NCBI GenBank assembly: GCA_964016885.1
Contig: OZ024743.1
Location: forward strand, 378,696,001-378,760,000
Length of the DNA stretch: 64,000 bases
Direction of reading: 5' to 3'
Source of the DNA: Eledone cirrhosa
Taxonomy: Eukaryota
Shown: positions 12,347-23,210 of the stretch, piece by piece
How the letters are laid out: each line of letters opens with the position of its first letter
Position numbering within the stretch: the first letter of the stretch is position 1
The notes under the pieces: model-generated
The model's input: the letters and a program-made list of their open reading frames with translations, nothing else
Database searches by the model: none
What the model was told of the DNA's origin: nothing
Program-made: the position numbers and the translations under genes

Positions 12347-12532
12347 GTTTCTATTTTAGGCACAAGGCCAGCAATTACCCAGTACATTACTGGTACTTTA
12401 TTTTATCGACTCCGTAAGGATGAAAGGCAAAGTTAACCTCGGCGGGATTTGAACTCAGATCATAAAGGGACGTAACTCTATGCTTCAAAGCATGGTGTCC
12501 GACTCTCTACCGATACTGCCAATCCACCGCCC
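12347..12532 (-). mobile_element. tRNA-derived SINE with an intact 11-bp target-site duplication
   Basis: TAGCATTAATT occurs at 12336-12346 and 12533-12543. The minus strand has an A-box-like TGGCAGTATCGG, B-box GAGTTCAAATCC and the gcctttcatcc...gtcgataaaataaagtaccag centre. Confidence 0.85.
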
Positions 12533-13732
12533 TAGCATTAATTAATATTAATAATGTTATATCGTGCAATGGCCATACTCTATAACGAGGGGGAAGCCAT
12601 TATATATATATATATATATAGATTGGTATGTTATATATACCCATAAAGAAACATATATACCAGGATTAGCAATCATACTGATACGGATGAACAATCATAC
12701 TAACTGGGAAATTTGGGTTTTGATAAAGTACTAGCTTACATATGAGAAACCCTATAGTTTATGTTGATTACTGACATGTGTAAATGATTAAAGATAAGAA
12801 TATTTTAATAATTCATTTCTATGAAATAATTACATAAATGTTGAGCATGATAAGATTAAATGGGTGTGTAACTTTGGAGAAATAACTATTTACAGAGACA
12901 AATTTAAAGTTAGAACTCAGGACATTGTAGTAGAAACGCGAACTTATTTATAGCAACATGACTGACGTAGGAAATGTAGTGTTTGTATGTTTAAATTTTA
13001 CAGACAGAAATAAATATATATATAAACACAACTGGTGTATTAGGGTTGATAAACGAGCGTTGGAATTGTTTCTATATATATAAAGCACTGTTGTTTGTTT
13101 CTTTAGAAGTCAACGCTGCTCGTGGTTGTATCGTGTTGTCATTCTAGTTTCAGTTTGTATTTTCTAAGCTTACGGTCGTAATAAGAGGAACAATAATCGC
13201 CTGACAGACCAGAATATAGCCGGGCCTATCAACTAATCTCTGCAGAGTAGCAATTTAAAGACAACATGAGATTTAAGTAATATAAGCTAGAGAAGTAGAA
13301 TTGTTTAGCTCAACATCTGTCCCGACTGACTAAAGACATTCCAGCTGCAAAATATTTCGTCGTTTTGAATTTCTAAAAAAAAATCAAAAAAAAAAAAAAA
13401 AAAATTATCGCATGCATCCGTCCTCGTCGACTGAAGAGAAATGGAGTAGAAATTTGCAGCCAAATGAGAAGGACCGTTTCTATTCATTGCTGCGACTGCC
13501 ATATTTCATTAAGGCCGCTTTGGAGCACTGCAAAAGGTATGAACAACTTTCAGCTTCATTTTCAATCCCATCTCCCCATCTTAAATATGATTCATTAAAA
13601 CCTCCTTAGAAGTCAAAACAGGCACATGCAAGAAGTTTGCGTCGATTTTTTTATATCCGAAATTATATCCGTCGGTTACGGTTGACAATGTATCTGCACA
13701 TGGAGAATTTCTCTCCTGGGCGCAAACCTGAG

Positions 13733-13781
<49 letters not shown>

Positions 13782-13787
<6 letters not shown>

Positions 13788-13880
13788 GTGCCAAAAATGT
13801 ATACACACTGCATCAGCATTCTTAATAAATATTGCATGTACAGGTAATCAAAGTGGGTATACATCTTTTCGGACACCCTG
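13782..13880. mobile_element. Short Tc1/mariner-like MITE in a TA run
   Basis: TAGGGTGTGCCAAAAATGTATAC ... GTATACATCTTTTCGGACACCCTG|TA inverted termini flanked by TA. Confidence 0.7.
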
Positions 13881-13985
13881 TAAATATATATATATATATC
13901 CGTATGTAGTTGACAGCCGAGAGAAAAGAGTACTCAATACCGAATTAGAGTTTAGATATTCATTTATTAAGGTTAAATAGTGAGT

Positions 13986-14033
13986 CTTGTTACTCTGGAG
14001 TTTCGCCTGCTTCTCCTAGGGTCACCAGACAAG
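13986..14033 (-). ncRNA. Second minimal hammerhead motif, opposite strand, with a core substitution (CUGGUGA)
   Basis: Minus strand reads CTTGT-CTGGTGA-CCCTAGGAGAAGCAGGC-GAAAC-TCCAGA-GTA-ACAAG. Stem I is a perfect 5 bp and core A6 is changed to G. Confidence 0.6.
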
Positions 14034-14038
14034 CACAT

Positions 14039-14088
14039 TCTTGCCTGATGACCCTGTGAGAAGCAGGTGAAACTCCAGAGTAACAAGA
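14039..14088 (+). ncRNA. Minimal type-I hammerhead ribozyme motif (Penelope-like)
   Basis: TCTTGC-CTGATGA(14045-14051)-C-CCTG/tgagaag/CAGG-T-GAAAC(14069-14073)-TCCAGA-GTA(14080-14082)-ACAAGA. All core nucleotides are present, with stems I, II and III and a GUA cleavage triplet. The closing pairs of stems I and II are mismatched. Confidence 0.75.
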
Positions 14089-14299
14089 CTCAGTATTTAG
14101 CCTTAATAAAATGAATATATATATATTCCTTTTTATGGAAGACCGGCAGTCGCCCCAGCACGAAGTCCACCTTCATGCCACTGATGTTGTCCAAGGGTTA
14201 GACGAAGGACGAAAAGCTTGGGACCAGAATATAAATAGCCAAAACAAACCGCAAAGCATCTTGTCAACCACTATAACAATACACACTAATCTACCGATA

Positions 14300-14400
14300 T
14301 GTACTAATATTTTATCGACCCCGAAAAAGTGGAGTTGGCATTGGCAGGATTGGAACTCAGAACCTAAATAGTTGAAATAAATACCGCAAGGTACTTCAAA
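14300..14400 (-). mobile_element. Degenerate SINE of the 12347-12532 family
   Basis: gtactaatattttatcgaccccgaaa...ggattggaactcagaac matches that family's centre and B-box. Confidence 0.55.
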
Positions 14401-15127
14401 TACTAATTACAGCTCCACACAGAGTATCAGAAACTGAATATAATTCGTCTCTGTCAGCTGTTGGGGAAAGAGGAGAGATGCTATTTCAAAATTTCGACAA
14501 TCGAAGATAACATGTTATGATAAAGACATTATTTAAAAGAAAAAAGATTTCGAAAAATATAACTTCGTAAAGTCTCCATTTAAACAAATTAATGCTGTAC
14601 TCCATAAAATTGTCTAAAATAGGCAGACAAATGGTTATAACTAAACAATTAGAAATCATGTAGGTGACAATATCTGTTGCTAAGATGTCCAGACGTAGAC
14701 CAACAACATTTGAACACATCTCTATCATTCTTTCTATCTCTATCATACACTATATTTACGGTCCCCATAAATCAGTTGACCATAATAAATACAAACAAAT
14801 AAGGTGTGTAGATTATTATTATTAAGTAGCACAGGCAGGAGAATTAATAGTAGTTAAAAGATGTGCACTGAAAAAAAATTGGAGTTGTCAGACAGGTACT
14901 ATATTTAAGTTGCTAGAAAGAAAAAGAAAACTAACACTTACTGTAAAACACAAAAAGAAAAGAAGTCAATTAGAGCTGATAAAAGTTGTGCAGTTTGCGG
15001 TTTTAAGAATTTAAAATGTTTAAAGTAAGCTCAAACTTTTATTTATCTTTATTTTCAAACTTTGCTATGTCTCAGATGAGTTAGCCAGTCATAAAGAAAG
15101 AAGCGCGATAAGAAATGTTGGTATGAA

Positions 15128-15136
15128 GGGCGGGGC
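15128..15136. promoter_or_regulatory. GC box (GGGCGGGGC); candidate ELOVL promoter element
   Basis: An isolated Sp/KLF consensus in AT-rich, apparently unique DNA, about 190 bp upstream (minus strand) of a GTAAGT donor at 14941. Confidence 0.3.
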
Positions 15137-16173
15137 CCGTGTGAAGGAAATAGTTTCAACACTTTTCAATTAGGAGACATTTTTTTACCAACCTCCTCCA
15201 AGAAAATAAAAAGCTACGATATCTTTTTGAGACTAAATCATTTCATATCAAGTAAAAATTAACCGTCTAAATAATAAAATAAAATGTTTAATATAAAATA
15301 GATCTGGAAAAAAAAACCCTTATTCTTAAAACTAGTTATAAAATACAGAGTACTGAAGTATTTGCTACAGCAACAATAATATAGGTGATATACCGCGAAA
15401 TAAACCATGTGCTGCAATCTAAAGAGTATTTTCAGTAAAGTATTGACAATTATAGAAATATTAATAATATATAACAGGAGTTTATAAAAATGATGAATGT
15501 TTTCCAATCGCATTAAATAAAGTTGTCAAAATAAAGATATAAAAAAAAGTTCATTTACGGAAAACATGCATCAAATACGATAAAACAAATACCTTTCTTT
15601 AAAAAGCCGTACAACTTAGTAATATAGGTAAGACTACAATATATTTGTGTTAAAATGAAAAGAAAATAATAAAATGTCAACATTTTTAATTATTAAAGAC
15701 TTAGAAGATCCATTAATAATAATAATAATTATTATATTATTATTATAAAGGTAATTGCATTTCAAATTAAAATAAAATAAAAAAAATGTAAGCATGGAAT
15801 TATTGAGATTGGCTTCTAAACGAGAACTAAAGAGACCGCGAAAGAAATATCTGGAAGCAGTTTCTATTTTACTAGAATGTAATTGTTTTAATAATTCAGC
15901 GAAAACCTACCTAAATTGGTTGGGTTTGGTTTAGTCTACTTCTATAAATCTTCTTAGAATTAAATGGATTTGAAATGTTACTTACTCAGTAAAATCAAGC
16001 AAAAAAAGGGGGATGGTTGTGAGTAACAATTAAAAAAGAATAACTCAGAGTTTTATATGTATACACACATAAATATATAATATGATGTAGAAATCTATGT
16101 GTTATGTCTGAATAACAAGAGTCGCTCCAACGCCAAGGAAAACGGCCGGTCGTAATTCGCACACTACTCAGCA

Positions 16174-16187
16174 GTGCGCATGTGCAC
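16174..16187. promoter_or_regulatory. NRF1/EWG-like near-palindrome GTGCGCATGTGCAC in a CpG-rich patch
   Basis: One mismatch to TGCGCATGCGCA, with a local CpG cluster at 16120-16200. Confidence 0.35.
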
Positions 16188-16264
16188 GCATCTCGCTAAT
16201 TGAACAATTTACAACTTTAAGACAAATCTCCAAATTTGACGCTTCTCTATAAAAAGATGAGAAT

Positions 16265-16480
16265 GAACTTCTTGTAGGGGGCTGCCGCTCAACATGCTAG
16301 AAATAACAGTTAAATTATACCTTGTTATCTTTAAAAAAAAAAAAAAAAAAGAAAAAAAGATACCTTGGATAATTAAAAAAAGTCCTAGATAAATTGTCAG
16401 ACCAAAAAAAAAACAAAAAAATAATCACAACATAGGTTTGCTGTATCACAGCTGACCTGGGGTTAAACAACTACAACAAG
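16265..16480 (+). mobile_element. SINE-like repeat ending gctgacctggggttaaacaac
   Basis: Shares tgctagaaata.cag.taaa and gctgacct..gggttaaacaac with 26848-27290. Confidence 0.55.
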
Positions 16481-17489
16481 CTGATGTTAATAGTAATGTT
16501 AAGAGATAGACAGACAACTTCTAGATATCAATTCTAGCAACACGAAACGGTAATTAGCAAATAACGATGTTTTGTTTTCCCTCTTACTATCGATATACTC
16601 AGTTAAACACTCCCAACTAATACAAAATATTTTCGTGACCAAATAATATTTTTTTTAGGGTTTTCATCGACTCTATAAAACTACAAATAAAGTACGTACA
16701 CACGCACGTGCCGGCAAAGGAACCCTAACATGTATGTATGCAGTGAATCAGACAAGATATTTTCGTTTTCTTATTTTCAGTTCTCAGCTATACACACACA
16801 TATAATCCTATTCTTTCGGATTTAAAGTTATTTATTGACTAACTCTCATGGCCTCCAACCAGTGTTCGTGTCATAGATCCAAGGATTTGGAACAATTTGC
16901 TAATTACTTCTTTCAATTAGGCGGAGACACGACTGTGTGGTTTAGAAGTTTAATTTAACCCCATCTATTTCTATGCTGGATCGCACTGCCTGGCTCCTTG
17001 AACAAGTGTCTTATTTTCCTTTAATCTCTAGTTGTTCAATGCCCCCCGCAAGGGGAACTTTGTAGGCGGAAATAGTGCGGAAGCCCGTCATCACATCAGA
17101 GTCGGTTATTTTACAGGAACTTACATGGTGTCAAGTATAATTAGAGTAAATGGATTTACTTACGATGTATATATCATACTGGCGGTGGACTTTAGCAGAA
17201 GCAACCCTCTTGCAAATATCTGGGCTAGTTTTCTAAAAATGGTCATATGCGTTATCCTTCACGCATTGATTATTCGATATATATGTGTGTCTGTGTACAC
17301 ACGGGGCAACTCTGTATGTATGATAGTGATGATATACATGTTTGTCTCTTATAATTTCGAGTTTTTTTTTGACCGGCCATCTTCTTGGCAGCAAGGTTGT
17401 CAAGAAAAAGAAATGTTCATCTTTTGAATCATAATGTTTTACAGATTTTGAAGATACCATATATTTCGGCCATTTGTAACTTTCTCCAT

Positions 17490-18170
17490 GAATCCAAGAT
17501 TAGTCAATATTTTGGTCTAGGTGAGTTGGTGCATATTCTGTTGCTCCAATAATAAAAGGTATGAAACTGAACATGTATTTCAAGAATTGGATCTACAAAG
17601 TCTTCATCAATGGTCTATAGATAACCTTCTCTTCTATCTTTCTTACTACATTAACATGAAGTGGGCAGCTGACTTGAACAATTTGTTTCCAATTTGTCCC
17701 AAACAACAGTGTCAGGCCGTTTGTGTTTTAATTTGGTCGCTTTTTTTAATATTCCACCAATATTCCTTTGAGCCATCTGACTCAATATATTTTTCCCTAT
17801 TTGTTCTTATTTTTATTTTTCGTTGTGCATTCCAGATTGTTCTGCCTACAATACCATGTCTCATTGGAATGTAATAACGAGAAAACATTTTTTTCACAGT
17901 TCACATTTTTGGTCTTTGTTTTGCACAGACTACATTTATTGTTAGCTAATGACTTTCCTCTTTGGTACTTGGCTAGGGTTTCTTGTTCCTGGATTGCATG
18001 GAGTCATCCTTCAGTGTGGGATATTAGGAACTTGTCATATTCCATGTCAAGCCTCTTGTTTCTAAACTTCATCTCACCAACATATTTCCAACTTGATTGT
18101 ACCAATCCATGTTAATAACTGTCCTCCTTGCTCTTACACCATCCTGAGAGAGACTCTGGTGCAACTACAT
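17490..18170 (-). pseudogene. Decayed C-terminal region of a non-LTR retrotransposon with a restriction-like endonuclease (R4/NeSL/R2-type)
   Basis: Frameshifted minus-strand peptides occur in the expected order: AIQEQE, KCSLCK (Zn knuckle), YIPMRHGIV (RHD-like), EYWWN, HKRPDTVVWD (PD motif), SCP, K..EK..Y, IPFIIGAT. Confidence 0.8.
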
Positions 18171-18319
18171 CATGAATAAGTTCATTTCATAGGCAGCAGA
18201 GTGCGTTACCAAACCAATGAAAGCATCTTTTGAGTAGGATTTGTTGCAGGGAATCAATCTGACAGCAACAATGGGGAATTTCAGAGTTTGGCATGGCACA
18301 AAATCAAATATTCAAACAT

Positions 18320-18420
18320 AGATGATTTGGCAACATGTATAAATCTGTTGTTCTCATTGGCCATGTCTTAAAGCCATAGAGGAGGTGCAAAAGGATGTCT
18401 GACCTCAACATCAACTGGTT
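18320..18420 (-). mobile_element. RTE LINE fragment (LLYGFKTWPMR)
   Basis: Resembles the LLYGxETW post-RT motif of RTE-clade ORFs; short. Confidence 0.4.
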
Positions 18421-18683
18421 CTCTTCAAGGTTCGCCAAAAATTCCCTTAAAAATGGATATGTTATCTGAAATATATCAGGACTAATAAATATGTCCAAGG
18501 TAACATCCAGATATCCTTGTTTTTCCTTCTCTTTTAGTGTTCACTCTTGTTTCTCTCCTCCTGCCTTTGTAACACAATATTTATATCCTCATTTGCATTG
18601 CAGCAGCTTCCAAACCTACTCATTTTTCATATTCCACAATGCTTCAAGCAAACTATAACACTCTTATATATCCATGTATAGCC

Positions 18684-18832
18684 AGTTTAGAATAGGTACA
18701 CTGTATCTCTGTGTGTTGGGAGAAGCGACTAAAAGGGTCGGTATTACGAAAGGCATCTGGCTGTAAAACATTGCCTCAAAAAGTCCTGTCTAACCCATGT
18801 TACCATGAAAATGTCAATGCAGAAACAATGAT
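18684..18832 (+). mobile_element. SINE 3' portion
   Basis: tttagaataggtacactg...agaagcgactaaaag...ggcatctggctgtaaaaca...aacccatg. Related pieces lie at 1824-1950 and 19630-20068. Confidence 0.55.
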
Positions 18833-18856
18833 ATATATATTTGATAATTGAATTAG

Positions 18857-19024
18857 CATTCACATGTCGAGTGCACTGCATAGGCTTTCTTAAGAGGACG
18901 AGTGTCTCAGTTTTCGCAGCACTGATTTTCATTCTAGCCATGCAGCACTTGGCATCAAACCTATCAAATACAAGTTGGAGATCACCTTCTGTTGAGTTAA
19001 GTAACAGCAAGTCATCTCCAAATT
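18857..19024 (-). mobile_element. RTE-clade reverse transcriptase fragment (FGDDLLLL...KISAAKTETLV)
   Basis: FxDD motif followed by DLQ...DRF...C...MKIS..KT, typical of the C-terminal RT domains of RTE elements. Confidence 0.8.
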
Positions 19025-19115
19025 TAGAGATCACAGCTTCGAAACTATGGGCATGTGGTTAGAATGTCTCAGGAAAGAATCGCTAGACAGATTTTACAGA
19101 CAAAACCAACTAATG
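19025..19115 (+). mobile_element. RTE C-terminal fragment (RSQLRNYGHVVRMSQERIARQILQTKP)
   Basis: Matches the R.QLRW.GHV.RM..ER motif. It abuts the RT fragment in the opposite orientation. Confidence 0.7.
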
Positions 19116-19656
19116 TGGAAAGTGATATAAGGCTAAACAATGCAAAATGGGTAACGAAAAAGTAAGTTACCAGGTAATCTTTTTTTTTTGTTGTTTCCTT
19201 TGTCCTGATATTTTGGGACTTAAAATTCTCTTCTTCAGAGTATAAGGAACTCTCAGAGAAAAATGTTCCGGTTCTTCTCTTTTGAATTAAATTTAGGTTT
19301 AAATTTTATAAATCGTTTTCAAGCGTTGTTTGATTACTTTGTTATTCACGAGAAAAATTACATCAATTGCCGATGTAGTATTTCATGGAATCAATATTCT
19401 TTTAATTTTCTTTTGTTTTTGTATGAGATGTTTAGGTTGCATGTCGGTGTGTCTATTTATGTCAAGTATTATGTGCTGAGATCTAATCTATTATTGATTT
19501 GTGGGTTGAGTCTATGTATGAGCAAGGCTTCCTTAATTCTTAAATTGCCCACATGGAAATCACAACAAAAGGTTCATAGCTTAAATTAAAAGATTTTGCC
19601 ATATGTATCTGCCTGCTGTGTGTATCCCAATTTTTACAGTAGATACACCATATCTC

Positions 19657-19956
19657 CAGGGTTGGATTTAGACCTTGGGGGGCCTGGGGAAATTCAGGTT
19701 TGGGGTGCCCTTATACACAAAAATTTAGAATACACAGCAAACCCTCCAATTTTACATATCAAAATTAGCTTGGCACAAGTAATTGAATTTGAAAAGTTAT
19801 ACATACAGGTATGAAATTCAAAACTTCTAACCACCCCAAAACTAAAAAGCCCAGCTGAGGGAACAAATAAATTGCTACGGCCATTGCTGGTGGGACCTCC
19901 CACTGCAGGGGGCCTGGGGAAATTGCCCCCTTTGCCCCTCATTAAATCCGGCCCTG
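19657..19956 (+). mobile_element. 300-bp MITE with 14-bp TIRs (hAT-like)
   Basis: CAGGGTTGGATTTA ... TAAATCCGGCCCTG. Partial homologues lie at 20815-20985 (opposite orientation) and 27023-27275. No clear TSD, so the superfamily is tentative. Confidence 0.75.
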
Positions 19957-20814
19957 CATGTCATAAGAAGTGACTAACAGAGTTGGCATTAGGCTGTAAT
20001 ACATTGTCTCAAACCATCCCATCCAACCTATGCCAGCATCAAAAAGTGGGCATAAAAGCAATGATGATGTACTATGAAACCAGAGGCCATCCAGATAGGT
20101 TCTCCTTGAAAGGTTTAGTAGTAGGCTTTGTTTCTTGACTTGTTTAACATCACCACTTGGATTTGGTTGCCTTTGGTGGAATCCACTCTATTGCATAGAT
20201 TTGGGTCAGGTCTCTTGTTTGAAGACATCTTCCTAACTACCTGACACCTGCCTAACTACCTGTCACAGAGGCCCCGAAAAGAGTTCTATATATTGTCCTC
20301 TCCACTTTGAGTAAACACTTACAAAAAAAGAAATATTAGTTAAATAGCTAATGTGTTCAGTTTAACTTGGTGGCAAAATACTATCCAGAGATTCACTTAA
20401 TTTTCATTCCTAATCATTACTTGCAGATGATAATAGAATTTGCTATATAATTATAACGTAACCCAGCTTTTTTTATGTAACTACATATTTGTTTGTTTGC
20501 TGTCTCATTGAGGCTTTATAATCAACATGCCTTCCTTTTATCTTGTATGTTTTACTACTTAAATTATCTTTTTCTCTCTCCTCCTTTACTTTTCTCTCTT
20601 TCTCTCTCTCGAAATGTATTTTAAATATTTTTTATGAGTGGCCATATCTCAAACATTATCTATTTATACAACAGCAGTTGATTTGTCTAGTCATTAGAGC
20701 ATTGAACATTTCATTCTGGTGTCTTCATTCTGAATTAAAATCCTGAGAAAGTACACTTTGCTTTTCATCCTTTCATGGTTGATAAAGTAAGTATCAGCCT
20801 AGTGCTGGTGCAGC

Positions 20815-20985
20815 CAGGGCTGGATTTAATGAGGGTTGGGAAGGGGAAAATTGCCCGGGGGCCCCTTGCAGTGGAGAGGGGGGGGGGGGCACTAGCGACA
20901 CCCATAGCAATTTATTTGTGCACTCAGCTGTGCTTTTTAGTTTTAGGATGGTTAGCATTTTTTTAAATTTAATACATTTATGTAC
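20815..20985 (-). mobile_element. Partial copy of the 19657-19956 MITE, inverted
   Basis: Starts CAGGGCTGGATTTAATGAGGG and contains gcaatttatttgtgc.ctcagctg.gctttttagtttt. Confidence 0.7.
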
Positions 20986-21139
20986 TGTTCATAGTGGCTG
21001 GTTTAACTAATTGGTAGATCTAGTCATTCTGATTAGTAGACCATGATACAATAAACAAAAGCACTCAACATTAAGCATATCATCCATTGTGGATATGGTA
21101 TCTCTGGTATCTCGTATTTGGTGCAAGAACAGTTAATAC

Positions 21140-21526
21140 TTCAATGAAAATGGAAGGCCAGATTCCAATATATTCCTTTATTATTGCACAATTACATAAC
21201 ATGTATTTCTGTGACCAGCTTACATCATCAGACCACGGCACAAGACAATATGAAATGTCATCAGATATAATGAACATAAAAGATTTAGTTCAGTAATCCC
21301 TACTGGGATTCAGCAAAATAGAACAAAATATAAATCCTTTGTTTATATTTTGCTGAATCCCAGTAGGGATTACTGAACTAAATCTTTTATGTTCATTATA
21401 TCTGATGACATTGCATATTGTCTTGTGCCATGGTCTGATGATGTAAGCTGGTCACAGAAATACATGTTATGTAATTGTGCAATAATAAAGGAATATATTG
21501 GAATCTGGCCTTCCATTTTCATTGAA
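21140..21526. repeat. Near-perfect palindrome with 181-bp arms and a 25-bp spacer
   Basis: 21140-21320 is the reverse complement of 21346-21526 with two mismatches that I can see. The same peptide appears in ORFs 21087+ and 21370-. Confidence 0.95.
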
Positions 21527-21539
21527 TATATATGTATAT

Positions 21540-23040
21540 CCAGCCCACACTGTAAAGTGGTTGTGATGGTGTCACGACAAAAAGCACCCAGCCCACACTG
21601 TAAAGTGGTCGCAATAGTGTCACGACAAAAAGCACCCAGCTCGCACTGTAAGGTGGTTGTGATGGTGTCACGACAAAAAGCACCCAGCCCACACTGTAAA
21701 GTGGTTGTGATGGTGTCACAACAAAAAGCACCCAGCTCACACTGTAAAGTGTAAAGTAGTTGTGATGGTGTCACGACAAAAAGCACCCAGCCCACACTGT
21801 AAAGTGGTCGCAATGGTGTCACGACAAAAAGCACCCAGCCCACACTATAAAGTGGTTGTGATGGTGTCATGACAAAAAGCACCCAGCTCACACTGTAAAG
21901 TGGTTGTGATGGTGTCACGACAAAAAGCACTCAGCTCACACTGTAAAGTGGTTGTGATGGTGTCACGACAAAAAGCACCCAGCTCACACTGTAAAGTGGT
22001 CGCAATGGTGTCACGACAAAAAGCACCCAGCCCACACTATAAAGTGGTTGTGATGGTGTCATGACAAAAAGCACCCAGCTCACACTGTAAAGTGGTCGCA
22101 ATGGTGTCACGACAAAAAGCACCCAGCCCACACTATAAAGTGGTTGTGATGGTGTCATGACAAAAAGCACCCAGCTCACACTGTAAAGTGGTTGTGATGG
22201 TGTCACGACAAAAAGCACCCAGCTCACACTGTAAAGTGGTCGCAATGGTGTCACGACAAAAAGCACCCAGCCCACACTATAAAGTGGTTGTGATGGTGTC
22301 ATGACAAAAAGCACCCAGCTCACACTGTAAAGTGGTCGCAATGGTGTCACGACAAAAAGCACCCAGCCCACACTATAAAGTGGTTGTGATGGTGTCATGA
22401 CAAAAAGCACCCAGCTCACACTGTAAAGTGGTTGTGATGGTGTCATGACAAAAAGCACCCAGCTCACACTGTAAAGTGGTCGCAATGGTGTCACGACAAA
22501 AAGCACCCAGCCCACACTATAAAGTGGTTGTGATGGTGTCATGACAAAAAGCACCCAGCTCACACTGTAAAGTGGTCGCAATGGTGTCACGACAAAAAGC
22601 ACCCAGCCCACACTATAAAGTGGTTGTGATGGTGTCATGACAAAAAGCACCCAGCTCACACTGTAAAGTGGTCGCAATGGTGTCACGACAAAAAGCACCC
22701 AGCCCACACTATAAAGTGGTTGTGATGGTGTCATGACAAAAAGCACCCAGCTCACACTGTAAAGTGGTCGCAATGGTGTCACAACAAAAAGCACCCAGCC
22801 CACACTATAAAGTGGTTGTGATGGTGTCACGACAAAAAGCACCCAGCCCACACTGTAAAGTGGTCGCAATGGTGTCACGACAAAAAGCACCCAGCTCACA
22901 CTGTAAAGTGGTTGTGATGGTGTCACGACAAAAAGCACCCAGCTCGCACTGTAAAGTGATTGTGATGGTGTCATGGCAAAAAGCACCCAGCTCGCACTGT
23001 AAAGTGATTGTGATGCTGTCATGGCAAAAAGCACCCAGTA
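21540..23040. repeat. 48-bp minisatellite (about 31 copies) derived from a SINE segment
   Basis: Unit aaaaagcacccagctcacactgtaaagtggttgtgatggtgtcacgac. Variants alternate to give 96-bp and 240-bp patterns, and the array runs directly into the SINE 3' end. Confidence 0.97.
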
Positions 23041-23210
23041 TTCATTGTAAATGTGGTTGGTGTTAGGAAGGGCATACAACTGTAGAAACCAAGCCAAAAT
23101 CAGTTCTGAATGAGCAAGACATGGGCATCTGATATGGAATTTCTCACAACAGAACAACTTGTCTAACTTGTGCTAGCCAGAAAAAATGGATGTTAAATGG
23201 TGATAATGAT
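23027..23210 (+). mobile_element. SINE 3' part with GAT-type tail (another copy at 23335-23490)
   Basis: aaaaagcacccagta...ggttggtgttaggaagggcat...gtagaaaccaagcc...ggatgttaaatggtgataatgat. Confidence 0.7.

Noticed and set aside
10945-12532. tRNA genes suggested by A/B boxes
   Set aside because: No cloverleaf can be built. The boxes belong to SINE heads, one of which has a TSD.
12556-13330. Possible solo LTR (TATA-like and TG...CA candidates)
   Set aside because: I found no TSD, PBS or PPT and no second copy in the window.
14936-14966. Recursive splice site (polypyrimidine-CAG directly followed by a donor) on the minus strand
   Set aside because: The sequence is TTTTACAGTAAGT with a shared G, not AG|GT. 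I kept it only as a possible donor.
21370-23157. 408-aa and 186-aa repetitive ORFs
   Set aside because: They are translations of the 48-bp SINE-derived array and the palindrome arm.
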